Shown: one piece after another, positions 41,506 through 52,508 of the stretch
How the letters are laid out: each line of letters starts with the position of its first letter
How positions within the stretch are numbered: the stretch's first letter is position 1
Source: Myxococcales bacterium
GTDB lineage: Bacteria > Myxococcota_A > UBA9042 > JABWCM01 > BTVJ01
DNA length: 64,000 bases
Direction of reading: 5' to 3'
Assembly: GCA_045863395.1 (NCBI GenBank)
Contig: BTVJ01000021.1
Coordinates: 35,446 to 99,445 of the forward strand
Position numbers and translations under genes: made by a program
The notes under the pieces: model-generated
The model's database searches: none
Seen by the model: only the letters and a program-made list of their open reading frames with translations
Told to the model about the DNA's origin: nothing

Positions 41506-43570
41506 CGGTCCTCCTCTTGCGAATTGCCAGCGCGAGCAGCGCGAGCAGCGCCCACGGTCCGCTCGGGGCGCCGACCGCCCGGCAGCCGTCGTCGGGTGGG
41601 GGGCGATCCACGGCCTGGTATGCCTTGCCGTCGAGGGTGCCGCCGCCGCCGGACCCGGCGTCGGGCGCGGGCGGCGGCGGAGGCGACGGCAGGATCAGCA
41701 CGGGGACGTCACCCGCCGCCACGCAGGCGCCCCGCCCCGGGAAGGCGTCCGCCTTCAGGTCGACGCACGCGCCGGGGCAAGGGCCGTCCGGCGGGACGCA
41801 GTCGGCGGCGCAGGTGGCAGCGCCGCCCACGGACACACAGGCGAGGCCGGGCTGGCAGGGCTCCACGCCCGAGCAGGGGGCCCCCGCGGCGGCCCCGGTG
41901 AGGGGCTGGCAGGTCCCCGCGGGAGGCGAGCCTCCGCCCCAACTGCACCCGGCGCCGTCCGGGCAGGCGCCGCCGGGCGTGCAGGGGGGGCGGCAGAGGC
42001 CGAAGTCGCCGTAGGAGTGGTCGCAGGCGAGCTCGCCCGTGCAGTCGTGCCCGGGACCGCACAGCTCGCCGTCCTTGGACGGAGCGGTGGACGCCTCGCA
42101 GAGCTGGAGCTGGCACACTTTGGGGCCGAGCAGCCCCGACACCCCGCAGGACTCGCCAACCCCGCACTGCTCATCGGAGGTGCACCCGCAGATGCGCCCG
42201 CCCTTGACCTTGACGCAGGGAGCGCCGGCGCAGTCCGACTCCGAGGCGCACACCCGCGCCAGGTCGAAGCGCTGGCAGGTCGCGCTGCCGCCGCAAGGGC
42301 TGGCATCGCTGCACACCGCGCTGCACTGGGCGCCGTCGCCGAGGCTGATGCAGAGCATCCCGGTGCAGTCGAAGCCGGAGTCGCACGGGGCTCCGGTGGG
42401 GCGCGGCCCGGGCACCATGCAGAGGCCCCCGGGGCAGCTCGCGCCGTCCGGGCAGGGGGCCCCGCCCGGGTCACAGAACGCCGAGCACTTGCCCGTGTCG
42501 CCCTCGCCCACGCACAGGGCGCCCGCGCAGCTCGTGGCGTCCTCACACGGCTCACCGACCTTGCCGTCCCCGGTCTTCATGCACAGCGCGCAGGGCCCGT
42601 CGCACTCGCCGCTCATGGGCACGCAGGCCATGCCGGCCGGGCATGCCACCTCGTCGTCGCACGCGTCGGTGCACTGGGCGCTGGTGCGCGTCGGCAGGCA
42701 GACGCCCGAGGCGCACGTGGCGTGCCCATAGCAGTAATCGCCGAGGGCGATGGTGCCGCCCCCCTCGTGGCAGAACTGGTTGTTGGGCAGGCAGAGCTTG
42801 CCCTGGCCTGGGACCGTGGTGCACGAGAAGCCGCCCGTGCAGTCGGCGTCCTTTGCGCAGGCCGGGGCGCAGTAGTCTCCCCCCTCGGGGAACGTCAGGC
42901 AGCGCCCCTTCCCACAGTGGGAGTGCGCGGAGCACGTGTCGCAGGCGTGGCCCTCCGTGAAGGGCGCGGCGGGGTACTGGTAGCAGACGGCGCGCACGTC
43001 GTCGTCGTCCAAGGTGCGCAGCGAGGCGTCCCCTCCCGCGAAGTACATGGTCGCCATGCGCCCCCGGGAGTGGGACAGGCCGATGGCGTGGCCCAGCTCG
43101 TGGGTGATCACGCCCTCCACGTCGTTGTTCTCGGGGAACGCGGCCTCCTCCGCCGTCGCCCACGCGAAGAGCGGGTTCAGGTGCATGTCGGCGCGGAAGA
43201 TCTCGCCCGAGGCCGTCAGCCAGGTCTCGGTGACGGCGGCGGCGTCCACCCCGACCACGTCACCGACCATGGAGGGGTCGGCCCAATGTATATAGATGCC
43301 GAACTTGGGGGGACCGGCGACCAGCCCTGCGTACTCCAGGCGGAGGGTCGAGCAGTCCGGCGCGTTCCAGGCGGCGAGGCTGCCGGCCAGGGCGGCCTCC
43401 ACCGCCGGGAGGCTCACGTCGGGCGCGACGAGGACGTCCAGGAACACCGGGACGGTGATCACGGTCCAGGTGGCGTCCCCGGAGGTCTCGCCGGCCAACG
43501 TCGTGAACGCCCGCGCGGGCGCCGCGAGGGCGAGCAGGAGTGCAGTCACGAGAAGGGGCGCGTACCTCAC
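41492..43570 (-). CDS. Matrixin (M10) metallopeptidase with Cys-rich repeats and MYXO-CTERM
   Basis: Signal peptide; HELGHAIGLSH plus Met-turn ATMY; C-terminal GC..WALLALLALAIRKRR. Confidence 0.88.
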   Translation of the reverse strand: MRYAPLLVTALLLALAAPARAFTTLAGETSGDATWTVITVPVFLDVLVAPDVSLPAVEAALAGSLAAWNAPDCSTLRLEYAGLVAGPPKFGIYIHWADPSMVGDVVGVDAAAVTETWLTASGEIFRADMHLNPLFAWATAEEAAFPENNDVEGVITHELGHAIGLSHSRGRMATMYFAGGDASLRTLDDDDVRAVCYQYPAAPFTEGHACDTCSAHSHCGKGRCLTFPEGGDYCAPACAKDADCTGGFSCTTVPGQGKLCLPNNQFCHEGGGTIALGDYCYGHATCASGVCLPTRTSAQCTDACDDEVACPAGMACVPMSGECDGPCALCMKTGDGKVGEPCEDATSCAGALCVGEGDTGKCSAFCDPGGAPCPDGASCPGGLCMVPGPRPTGAPCDSGFDCTGMLCISLGDGAQCSAVCSDASPCGGSATCQRFDLARVCASESDCAGAPCVKVKGGRICGCTSDEQCGVGESCGVSGLLGPKVCQLQLCEASTAPSKDGELCGPGHDCTGELACDHSYGDFGLCRPPCTPGGACPDGAGCSWGGGSPPAGTCQPLTGAAAGAPCSGVEPCQPGLACVSVGGAATCAADCVPPDGPCPGACVDLKADAFPGRGACVAAGDVPVLILPSPPPPPAPDAGSGGGGTLDGKAYQAVDRPPPDDGCRAVGAPSGPWALLALLALAIRKRRTGGAC

Positions 43571-43833
43571 CGAACCTCCGAGCGCCGTCGCGGCGGCGGG
43601 CGCCATCTTAGCCGAGGGCAGCGCGCGCGGGCAACCGGCGCCCCGCGGGAGTGTCCTGGCGGTCAGCCCGGCTCGGACCTCTGCGTGCACTCGGGCGGCC
43701 CCAGGAGTACACTGCTGCCGACCGTGAGAGGACTGCCGCCCAGCGCCGCACACCGCCGGTGGCGCGAGCGGCGCCGAGCGGGGTGACGTGCCCGGGTCCT
43801 GGGTTGTGGCACCGCCCGCAAGGGAGACCGCCC

Positions 43834-45075
43834 ATGCGCGTGGCCCTTCTCGCCACCTCGATCCTGCTCGCAGCACCGGCTCACGCCGAGCGGCTCCACG
43901 TCGTGTTCCTGAGCGCCACCTGGTGCGGCCCCTGCCAGTCCATGAGAGAAGAGACCTGGTCCGATCCCGCCCTGGGCGCCTGGATGTCCGAGCACGCCAC
44001 GTTCGAGGCCGTGGACCTGGACGAGCAGCCGGCGCGGGCGGCGGCCTTCGCCCCTCGCGGCGTGCCGACCGTGGTAGTCCAGCGCGAGGGCGCCACGCTT
44101 GACCAGGCGCTCGGGAAGCTCGGGCCCGAGGAGCTGCTCGCGTGGCTCCAGGACCTGGACGACGGCTTCGTGCCGCGGGTGCCGGGAGAGGGCGGGCGCC
44201 TCGATGATGCCGTGCGAGCGCTGCGATTTGCCTGGGTTCAGGCCAACATGGGGCGCTGCGACCAGGCCCTCGCGGTCTGGGAGTGGGTCTGGCGACGCCT
44301 CCCCGCGGACCAGCCGGTCGTCCATGAGCTGCGAGGTGCCGGCACCGGAGGGGCGACGGCGAGCGCACTGGCGGGCCGGTGCCCCGCGGCCCGACACGTG
44401 ATCACCGAGCTGCGCGACGAGGCGGCCCGCTCCTTCGCGACGGCGAAGACCCGCACGCAGCTCGACGACCTGCTGGGGCTCGACATGGCGCTCCGCGACG
44501 CGGACGCCATGGACGCCGCCCTCGCCGCCCTGGAGGCCAGCCCGAACCTCCGCGCCGACGTCGCCGCTCGCCCCTGGCCCACGGTCCACTACGTGGCTCT
44601 TCGCGAGCGGTGGGAGCTGCTGGCGGCCGTGACGACCCAACCAGAGGGAGATGTCCTGAAGGCGTGGGTCGAGTCCGGTCGCGTGGCCGCCACTGCGGGC
44701 GACCCGATGGTGGCGCACCACCTGGAGCAGGACCTCTGCGCCATGGCCGGCTACCAGATGGCGGGCCTGCTCGCCGCCGGCCGCGCCACGGAGGCGGAGC
44801 AGCTCGGCGAGCTCGCGCTGCGCCTCGTGGATACCCCGTTCATGGCGCGGATGCTCGTGGACGTCCCCCTGCGCATGGGCATGGCGCTGCCGGCGATGGA
44901 GCGTTGGCTCGAGGAGCACCCGGTCTCCGACTCGCTTCGGACACGCCTCCGCGAGGTCCTCCGCGCCTCGGGAGGTCCACCTGGGGGTGCGCGCGCCCCT
45001 GGAACCCGGCCCGCCGCGCCTGCCCACGGCGTCCCGCTGGCGCGTGTGGAGGCAGCGCCCGGTCGCCCCCGGTGA
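43834..45075 (+). CDS. Exported thioredoxin-domain protein with helical C-terminal region
   Basis: Signal peptide ..PAHA; WCGPC; cis-Pro motif GVPT. Confidence 0.8.
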   Translation: MRVALLATSILLAAPAHAERLHVVFLSATWCGPCQSMREETWSDPALGAWMSEHATFEAVDLDEQPARAAAFAPRGVPTVVVQREGATLDQALGKLGPEELLAWLQDLDDGFVPRVPGEGGRLDDAVRALRFAWVQANMGRCDQALAVWEWVWRRLPADQPVVHELRGAGTGGATASALAGRCPAARHVITELRDEAARSFATAKTRTQLDDLLGLDMALRDADAMDAALAALEASPNLRADVAARPWPTVHYVALRERWELLAAVTTQPEGDVLKAWVESGRVAATAGDPMVAHHLEQDLCAMAGYQMAGLLAAGRATEAEQLGELALRLVDTPFMARMLVDVPLRMGMALPAMERWLEEHPVSDSLRTRLREVLRASGGPPGGARAPGTRPAAPAHGVPLARVEAAPGRPR

Positions 45076-45191
45076 GGGCGTGGCGGCTCCGCGCCGCGGG
45101 GGTATTGTATTAGGTCCGGCGCGCGCGGACATGCTATGGTGCACACACGTACAAGCTGCCCGGGTCGCAGACCCGCCCCGAGGAGGACCCC

Positions 45192-47339
45192 ATGGGCTCC
45201 GTTCTTCGCGTGTGCGCGCCCTTGCTGGCGCTGCTGGGGGGCGTCGCCCACGCCGCCATCCCATCCTCACTGACCGTCCAGGGGGTGCTGGAGACCTCCG
45301 GCGGCATGCCCGCGAGCGGCTCCTTCGACCTGGTGCTGCGCCTGTGGTCGGCGCCGTCGGGGGGAACGAAGCTCTACGAGCACCCGGCGCAGGCAGTCCA
45401 GGTGGCCGGGGGGGTGTTCGACGCGGTCGTGGGTCCCGTCCCGGACGGCGCACTTGGTGGGGGCGCCTGGCTGGAGGTCGCCGTGGACGGCGAGCCGCCG
45501 CTGCCCCGCCGGCCCCTCGGCGCGGTCGCCTACTCCATCGAGGCGCAGCATGCGGCGGTCGCGGACACCGCGGGCGCCCTCGCCTGCTCGGGCTGCGTCG
45601 GCGCCGGCCACACGGGCTTCAACTGGGCGGCGGGCACGACCCAAGGAGGTGCCGCGGCGGCGCTGGACTGCACGGGCTGCGTCGGGTCCACGATGGTGGC
45701 GGCGGGGGCGATCACGTCGGCGCTGATCCAGGACGGGAGCATCGGCGCGGCGGACGTGGGCTTCGCCTGGGCCGCGGGCGCCAGCCCCGGCGGCGCCGCC
45801 ACCGGGCTCTCATGCACCGGCTGCATCGGCAGCGGCCACCTGGCCGCGAACCTGGCGCTCAAGGGGGCGGTCACCTCCGAGCTGGGGGTCGGGGCGTGCC
45901 AGGCGGGCGGCGCAGGCTGCGGCCTCACCTTCGGGGCGGGCGGCGTTTCGGGCGGCATCGTGGCAGCGGGCAGCGGCGCAGTGGATCTCCGCGCGCCATC
46001 GCTCGTGCGGGTGACCGACGGCTTCGGGGGCTTCCAGCAGATCGAGGCGGGCGCCATCGCCGCTCACGGCGACGCGGTGGTCGACGGCTCTCTGAGCCTG
46101 GGTGGCACCTCCACGGCGCGCCTGACCGTGTCTGCGGCGAGCAGCGCCCCCGATCTCGCCCTGCTGCGCTCCGCCGGCACGCAGCGGCTGCGGGTGCGCG
46201 GCGACGGCTTCACGGCCATCGGCGCGAGCGGCCCGAACGCCGCGCTCGACGTGACGGCGGGCAACCAGATCCAGATCCAGAACGCAAAGCCGGAGCTGAT
46301 CCTCGACGACACCCAGTCGAGCGGGCGCCAGTACCGGGTCCACAGCGGGCGCACGGGGGCGGGGACCTTCGGGGTCTACGACTGGCAGAAGTCCGCTGAC
46401 GTGCTGTCCATCGACGCGGCTGGAGCGGTCACCGTGCCGGGAACCCTGAAGGCCGCCGGCACCATCCAGTTCGCGTCGGGCCAGGCCTTCGGGTTCCGCG
46501 TCGCCAACCTGGGCTCTGCTCCGGGCACGTGCTCCGGCTCCCTTCAAGGGACCATCTATTTCGACACGGCCCAAGGCGGCTTCTACGGGTGCGACGGCGT
46601 CAAGTGGATCCGCTTCGGCGAGGGGCTCCCCGCGGGCTCGCAGGGCAACCCCGGCCAGAGCTGCGAGACGGTGAAGACGAGCGGACAGGCAGCGGACGGC
46701 CCCTACTGGATCGACCCGGACGGCAGCGGCGGCAACGCCCCCTTCGAGGCCTGGTGCGACATGACGACGGACGGCGGCGGCTGGACCCTCGTCGCCAAGG
46801 TGAGCACCGACGACCGCTACAGCATTGGCGAGCCCCGCGCCTGGTTCGCGAGCCAGATCAACACACAGCACGCCACGTCACCCGCGGTCGTCCGTTACCA
46901 AGGGCTCATCAGCCTCGGCGCGAGCCGCTTCACGGCGCTGATCGACGGCGACACCCTCGCGCGGATCACCGTGGTCGCCGAGGACGACGACAACCAGCGC
47001 GGCACCTGGTACAAGCGGGTGGCGTCGGCGGCGAGCTTCACGCAGTGGTTCCAGAACGACCCCACGGCCTCGCAGGTCTGCTCCAACCTGGCGATGACCT
47101 CCAACTGCTCCACCGGGTTCATCCGCACCAACGGGGACTCCACGAACCTCGACGGCATGACCCTCTCCCACCACGGCTATCCAGCAGGGTCCTGCCCCAT
47201 CCACATGCGCCTCGACGGCGACGGCGCGTCCCAGTACACGGCGGTCTGCTCCTGCACGGGCAACAACAACGGCAACCAGTGGCATGACGACGCCATGGAC
47301 GGCCACTGGGGCAACGGGCTCCTGATATACATCCGGTAG
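45192..47339 (+). CDS. Secreted fibre-like protein with a C-terminal fibrinogen-like domain
   Basis: Signal peptide; tail-fibre-like stalk segments; [26 protein letters not shown]. Confidence 0.8.
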   Translation: MGSVLRVCAPLLALLGGVAHAAIPSSLTVQGVLETSGGMPASGSFDLVLRLWSAPSGGTKLYEHPAQAVQVAGGVFDAVVGPVPDGALGGGAWLEVAVDGEPPLPRRPLGAVAYSIEAQHAAVADTAGALACSGCVGAGHTGFNWAAGTTQGGAAAALDCTGCVGSTMVAAGAITSALIQDGSIGAADVGFAWAAGASPGGAATGLSCTGCIGSGHLAANLALKGAVTSELGVGACQAGGAGCGLTFGAGGVSGGIVAAGSGAVDLRAPSLVRVTDGFGGFQQIEAGAIAAHGDAVVDGSLSLGGTSTARLTVSAASSAPDLALLRSAGTQRLRVRGDGFTAIGASGPNAALDVTAGNQIQIQNAKPELILDDTQSSGRQYRVHSGRTGAGTFGVYDWQKSADVLSIDAAGAVTVPGTLKAAGTIQFASGQAFGFRVANLGSAPGTCSGSLQGTIYFDTAQGGFYGCDGVKWIRFGEGLPAGSQGNPGQSCETVKTSGQAADGPYWIDPDGSGGNAPFEAWCDMTTDGGGWTLVAKVSTDDRYSIGEPRAWFASQINTQHATSPAVVRYQGLISLGASRFTALIDGDTLARITVVAEDDDNQRGTWYKRVASAASFTQWFQNDPTASQVCSNLAMTSNCSTGFIRTNGDSTNLDGMTLSHHGYPAGSCPIHMRLDGDGASQYTAVCSCTGNNNGNQWHDDAMDGHWGNGLLIYIR

Positions 47340-47372
47340 GCGCCGTCGAGGCGACGGGGTTCAGGAGTCTCG

Positions 47373-47867
47373 ATGCGCATCGCGACCCTCATCGGCGGCG
47401 TGCTCCTGGCAGGCTGTGTGGTGGTGCTCGGCAGCGTGCTTGCCGGGGCCGCGGGGCCCGTGACCCTGGTTGCGCTGGCGCCCCTCGGGATAGGGGCCAC
47501 CGTCGCGCTCCTCATCCGTCGCGGGCTCGCGCGCCAGGATCGCCAGGCCGAGCGGGTCCGCGAGCTGCCGACGCGCGGCGTGCGGCGACGAGGGCGCGTC
47601 GTGGACGCCGTCCCCCATGCCAGCCCGCACGGGGGACCCGTCATCCATCTCGGGGGCGTCCTCGTCCTGCTGCGGGTGGAGCTCAGGGCGGAGGGGGAGC
47701 TCCCTCAGAGGAGCGTGTCCGTCCTGGTGACAGAGCCCACGGAGGCGGCGCGGGCGCGAATTGGGACAGACGTCGTCGTCCTCGAGCACCCCGAGGACCC
47801 GGACATCCGCACGCTGGACGGGTGGCTCCCGAACGGCGTGCGCGGCGGCGGTCGGGGACTTCCCTAG
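47373..47867 (+). CDS. Hypothetical membrane protein (2 TM plus small beta domain)
   Basis: AGGAG RBS; two hydrophobic helices. Confidence 0.65.
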   Translation: MRIATLIGGVLLAGCVVVLGSVLAGAAGPVTLVALAPLGIGATVALLIRRGLARQDRQAERVRELPTRGVRRRGRVVDAVPHASPHGGPVIHLGGVLVLLRVELRAEGELPQRSVSVLVTEPTEAARARIGTDVVVLEHPEDPDIRTLDGWLPNGVRGGGRGLP

Positions 47868-50800
47868 CCGGCCGGCCCGGCTGGCGCCCCGAGCAGCTCT
47901 CTCCAAGCGCGCACCACCTGCACCCCCGCGGTGTCCCCCTCCCCGTCGGCGGCGGCGCGGGCCCGGACCCGGTCGACGAAGGACGGGAGCCAGACGGAGC
48001 CCAGGGTGGCCGCCGCCGTCGAGCCTGCGGCGATGGACCAGCCGACGGGGCCGAGCGGTGTGCAGCCCAGCGCGCGAGACACACTCGGCACCTGGATGGC
48101 GGCGGCGAGGAGCGCCGCCGAGCCGATGGTGGCCGCGAGGACCTCCTTGCTGCGCCCGGTCTGGAGGGTCTGGGCGAGCTGGGTGCCGACGAGGGATGCG
48201 AGGGCGACCGTGCTCGCGCGCCGCCTCGTGCCCGTGAGCCGCGCGAGGACCCACCCTGCGGTAGCGCCTGCGCCGGTGGTGATCGCGCGTTGGACGATCT
48301 CCCGGTCAAGGGCCTTGCCGAGGGACGCCTCGGGGCCCTCGTGGAGCAGCGCCTCCATCGTCGTAGGCTCGGGGGGCCGCAGGGCGATGGCCATGGCGGG
48401 CGCCACGTCCGTCAGCAGGTTCACGAGCAGGAGCTGGCGCGCGTTGAGCGGCGCCGTGCCGCCGAGCAGCGTGCCGAGGATGGTGAAGCCCATCTCGCCC
48501 AGGTTGCCGCCGACGAGGATGGCGACCGCGTCCCGCACCGACGTCCACATGGCGCGGCCCTCGACGATGGCGTCGACCAGGGTCTCGATGCGGTCGTCCG
48601 TGACCACCACGTCGGCCGCGCCGCGGGCCGCGGGGGTGCTGCGGCGCCCGAGCGCGATGCCCACGTCCGCCAGGCGGATGGCCGCCGCGTCGTTGGCGCC
48701 GTCCCCCGTCATGGCGACGACCCGCTTCGCCTGCTGGAGCGCCCGCACGATGCGCACCTTCTGCGCCGGCGTGGTGCGGGCGAAGGCCGCCGTGTGGGGG
48801 GCGACCGCGGCGAGGGCCTCGTCGCTCATGCGCTCCAGCTCGGCGCCGGTGACGATGCCGCGGCCGTCCAGGATGCCGAGCTCCGCGGCGATGGCCTCCG
48901 CCGTGCTCGGGTGGTCCCCCGTGATCATGATGACGTCGACGCCCGCCCTCCGAACCCCGTCGACGGCCGCCGCCGCCGACGGGCGCACCGGGTCCGCGAA
49001 GGCGACGAAGCCGCGGAAGGTGAGGCTGGTCACCGTGTCGTCCGCGAGCGGCCCCTCGAAGGGGCCCTCCGCGATGGCCAGCAGGCGGAGGCCCCGGCGC
49101 GCGAGCTGGCTGGCGCGCCGGGTCAGCTCCGAGCGGGCGCCGGCGTCCAGGGGGCGCTGCCCGGCGGGGTGGGCCCACGACTCACAGCGCGGCAGGACCA
49201 CCTCGGGAGCGCCCTTGAGGCTCAGGACCCCACCCTGAGACAACACCGCGTGGAAGCCCCGGTCCGGCTCGAAAGGGAGCTCGCTCGCCAGCGCCCATCC
49301 CGGGGCGCCCTCCTCACGTCGCACGGCGGCCGCCTCGGCAGCCGACGACAGGGCCCGGTCGGCGGCGTGGAGCGGGGCGCCGTCCGGGCGCCCGTCGGGG
49401 CACGCGCGCAGCGCGGTCGCGAGCACGGCGCGAGTCATGGCGCCTGGCGAGTCGCCCACCGGCTCCTCGGAGACCCCGTCGGTGACCATGCGCAGCGCGA
49501 TGCGCCCCTCGGTGACGGTGCCCGTCTTGTCGACGCAGACCACGTCCACGCGCCCGAGGGCCTCGATGGCGCGGGGATTCCGCACCAGGGCCCCCCGCTC
49601 CGACAGGCGGCGGGCGGCGGCGAGCTGGGCGGCGGTGGCGATGATCGGGAGCCCTTCGGGGACGGCGGCCACGGCCAGGCTCACCGCGGAGCCGATCATC
49701 TTGGCCAGGGACTGCCCGCGCAGGAGGCCCGCGCCGACGACGGCCGCGCCCCCAAAAGCGACGGCGGGGGCGGTCAGCTCCATGAGCTCCTCGAGGCGCG
49801 CCTCGACCCCGCTGTGGGGGAGCGTACCCCGGGCCGCGGCCATGCCACGGCGCGCCTCGGTGCCCTCGCCGGTGGCGACCACCACGGCCACGGCGTGGCC
49901 AGACGCAACGGACGTGCCCTCGTAGATCATGGACGCGCGCTCGCCGACCTCGTCACCGTAGGTCGGGGCCGACGACTTTGCGACAGGCACGGACTCGCCG
50001 GTCAGGGTCGACTCGTCCACCTGGAGACCCCAGCCGCGCATCACGCGACAGTCGGCGGGCACCACGTCGCCGGCGCGGACCGTGACGATGTCGCCGGCCA
50101 CGAGGCGGTCCGCCGGGACCGTCGTGTCCTCGCCGCCTCGGCGCACCCGGGCGGTGCTGCGCTCCCGCTGCCCGAGGGCCTCGATGGAGCGCTCCGTGTC
50201 GTAGCGCTGGATGCCACCAAGCAGCGCATTGACGCCCATGACCCCCGCGACGAGGCCCGCGTCGGCCAGGGAGCCCACCACGGCGGAGAGGCCCGCGCCC
50301 GCGGCCAGCAGCGGTGCGAGGGGATTGAGCAGCTCGTCCGCGACGGCCCGCCCGAGGCGCGCCACCTCGGGCAGCGGGTTCGCCCGTGGTGGGCGGCGGC
50401 GGACCGCCTCGCGCCGCGTCAGGCCGGCGGGGGTGGTGCGGAGGCGCGCGAGGACGCCGTCGACGTCCAGGGCGTGCCAGGGCGTCGGGTCGCGGAGGGG
50501 AGCGGGCGGTCGCCAGTCCAGGGCGGCGGCGAGGCGACCGCCGTTGGCCATGGCGACCACCGTCGCCACGTTGACCACGTTCATGACCTTGCGCCCGGTC
50601 TCGGGCCGCAGCCCGCCCGCCGAGATGAACGCGCCGAGGGACGCGGACGCCAGCGCGATGTGGGTGCTCTGCTTGGAGGCGTCCCGCGCCACGGCCATGG
50701 ACTCGAAGACGTAGCGGAGGAGGCCCAGGTCCTCAGGGCACATGAGGTGTGCGCCCCAGGGCGTCTTCCCCTCGCGCACGAGGCCGATGCCGACGTCCGC

Positions 50801-52354
50801 CGCCCGCAGCGCCGGCCCGGGCCCACTCGCGACCAGGGCGACCACGGCCCCCTCCTGCTGGAGGGCGGCGACGGAGGCTGCGAGGCGGCGGCCGCCTGGA
50901 ACCACCTCGTCCGCGTCGAAGCGCTCCAGGTCGGCGGGGCGATCCGTGGCGACCAGGACGCGCAGGCCGGCGTCGTGGGCGGACCGGATCAGGGCCTCGA
51001 CGTCGGTCTGCGGGGAGACCCGCACCTCGATGATCGCCGCCAGCGCGTCCCGGCGCGTGAGGCCCAGGACCAGGGCGCCGCGGCTCGCGAGCTCCCTCCG
51101 CCGGGCCTCCAGACCGCCCGCGCTCTGCACTCCGAGGAGCGGAAGCGGGCCGAGCGCCCACCCCCGCGCGCGGTGGACGGTCGTGGGGCTCGACGGATCG
51201 AGCAGCGACCGGGCGACCCGGCGGCTCTCCGCTGCGTCGACCGTGCGCTCGTGGACCACCTCGCCGATGGAGAAGCTGGCCCTCGCGACGAGATCCGCCT
51301 GCAGGACGACGGTGTCCACGCGGTCGAAGTGGCGCAGCACCCGGCTGTCCATGGGGACGACGCCTCGGAGCGCCAGGGCGCGGCCGAGCTGGGCCGCGAA
51401 GGCCTCCCGGCCGAGCCGCGCCGGCTTTGGCATGCACCCGATCATGGGCGCGAAGGCCCGGTGGAGGCTGCCCGTCGTAGCGACTCCCACCCCGAAGGCG
51501 CCGAGGGACGCGTACCACGCGCGCTCCGCGTACTTCTCGACTGGGCCCTTGGGGAGCGGGATCGGGCGGTCCGGGAAGGGCCGGTCCGCGGAGAAGCCCG
51601 CCTTGGCGCGGCACAGCTCGGGCTCCCGCCGGTCCCAGACCCGGCGGCGCGCCTGGATCTCCCGCACCAGCAGCGCCCGGTACACGATGTCCGCCCCAAG
51701 ACTCGTCGCCCCCTGGCTCAGGCCCTGGGTCACGGACGAGAGCACGTTGAGCATCAGCTCCGTCGTGAGCGGCCCGAGGCGGTCGTCGAGCTTCTGACGC
51801 AGGGACGGCGCGCTGTCCAGCACGGAGAGGATGGTGGCGGCGTCGGTCTGGAACGGCAGTGGCGGGACGCGGGCCATGCGCAGGATGGCCGCGAGCACGA
51901 GCCCACCCGCGTCCGTGCCCATCTCGACCAGGGTGCGCGCCAGCGGCTCCACGTCCGCCGGGTGCTCGGGCTTCTCGTCGCCGAAGGGCGCGAGCCCCGC
52001 GTCCGCGGCCTCCTCCGCCCGTTGCACCGCGGCGACCAGGTCATCGAGGCTCACCTGCCGCTCGTCGTAGGCCACGATCACGCGGCGGGTGTAGGGGTTG
52101 AGCTCCGCCCACGCCACCCCGGGCACCGCCTCCACGGTCCGCTCGACGGCCCGCCCCAGCTCGGGCAAGCGATTGGCCTCGACGCGGCGCACCTCCACGT
52201 GGGCGCGCCCATCGGCCCCCCAAGCCCGCCGCGTCCGGTGCCCGACGATCTTCAGCGCAGGCCCGACCACGGAGGCGACAGCAGCGCCTACAGCCGGCAC
52301 CACCTTCTCCAGCAGCGGCTTCACGAGAGGTTGCAGGGTCTTCCCAAACGGCAT
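47864..52354 (-). CDS. Large cation-translocating P-type ATPase (CtpH/CtpI-like)
   Basis: DESTLTGES, AVPEGL, DKTGT, KGAPE, MITGD, GDGAND, NLLTD; about 650-aa N-terminal extension with HMA-like and degenerate HAD-like parts. Confidence 0.92.
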   Translation of the reverse strand: MPFGKTLQPLVKPLLEKVVPAVGAAVASVVGPALKIVGHRTRRAWGADGRAHVEVRRVEANRLPELGRAVERTVEAVPGVAWAELNPYTRRVIVAYDERQVSLDDLVAAVQRAEEAADAGLAPFGDEKPEHPADVEPLARTLVEMGTDAGGLVLAAILRMARVPPLPFQTDAATILSVLDSAPSLRQKLDDRLGPLTTELMLNVLSSVTQGLSQGATSLGADIVYRALLVREIQARRRVWDRREPELCRAKAGFSADRPFPDRPIPLPKGPVEKYAERAWYASLGAFGVGVATTGSLHRAFAPMIGCMPKPARLGREAFAAQLGRALALRGVVPMDSRVLRHFDRVDTVVLQADLVARASFSIGEVVHERTVDAAESRRVARSLLDPSSPTTVHRARGWALGPLPLLGVQSAGGLEARRRELASRGALVLGLTRRDALAAIIEVRVSPQTDVEALIRSAHDAGLRVLVATDRPADLERFDADEVVPGGRRLAASVAALQQEGAVVALVASGPGPALRAADVGIGLVREGKTPWGAHLMCPEDLGLLRYVFESMAVARDASKQSTHIALASASLGAFISAGGLRPETGRKVMNVVNVATVVAMANGGRLAAALDWRPPAPLRDPTPWHALDVDGVLARLRTTPAGLTRREAVRRRPPRANPLPEVARLGRAVADELLNPLAPLLAAGAGLSAVVGSLADAGLVAGVMGVNALLGGIQRYDTERSIEALGQRERSTARVRRGGEDTTVPADRLVAGDIVTVRAGDVVPADCRVMRGWGLQVDESTLTGESVPVAKSSAPTYGDEVGERASMIYEGTSVASGHAVAVVVATGEGTEARRGMAAARGTLPHSGVEARLEELMELTAPAVAFGGAAVVGAGLLRGQSLAKMIGSAVSLAVAAVPEGLPIIATAAQLAAARRLSERGALVRNPRAIEALGRVDVVCVDKTGTVTEGRIALRMVTDGVSEEPVGDSPGAMTRAVLATALRACPDGRPDGAPLHAADRALSSAAEAAAVRREEGAPGWALASELPFEPDRGFHAVLSQGGVLSLKGAPEVVLPRCESWAHPAGQRPLDAGARSELTRRASQLARRGLRLLAIAEGPFEGPLADDTVTSLTFRGFVAFADPVRPSAAAAVDGVRRAGVDVIMITGDHPSTAEAIAAELGILDGRGIVTGAELERMSDEALAAVAPHTAAFARTTPAQKVRIVRALQQAKRVVAMTGDGANDAAAIRLADVGIALGRRSTPAARGAADVVVTDDRIETLVDAIVEGRAMWTSVRDAVAILVGGNLGEMGFTILGTLLGGTAPLNARQLLLVNLLTDVAPAMAIALRPPEPTTMEALLHEGPEASLGKALDREIVQRAITTGAGATAGWVLARLTGTRRRASTVALASLVGTQLAQTLQTGRSKEVLAATIGSAALLAAAIQVPSVSRALGCTPLGPVGWSIAAGSTAAATLGSVWLPSFVDRVRARAAADGEGDTAGVQVVRAWRELLGAPAGPAG

Positions 52355-52367
52355 GAGCACCCCCTGG

Positions 52368-52395
52368 GGGGTCAAGTATACTCAGTTCTCATATC
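52368..52395 (+). repeat. 28-bp dispersed element, copy 3
   Basis: GGGGTCAAGTATACTCAGTTCTCATATC. Confidence 0.85.
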
Positions 52396-52467
52396 TCAAG
52401 ACGGCACGTCACGAGCGCCGCCGAGTATAGACGATCCTCGCACAGGGGTGGTGAAGTGAGCGTTGGG

Positions 52468-52495
52468 GGGGTCAAGTTGACTCAGTTCTCATATC
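52468..52495 (+). repeat. 28-bp dispersed element, copy 4 (direct repeat, 100 bp from copy 3)
   Basis: GGGGTCAAGTTGACTCAGTTCTCATATC. Confidence 0.85.
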
Positions 52496-52508
52496 GACCG
52501 GACCCACA

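Noticed and set aside
52368..52495. CRISPR mini-array
   Set aside because: Only two units, a 72-bp spacer, no cas genes, and other copies are dispersed and inverted.
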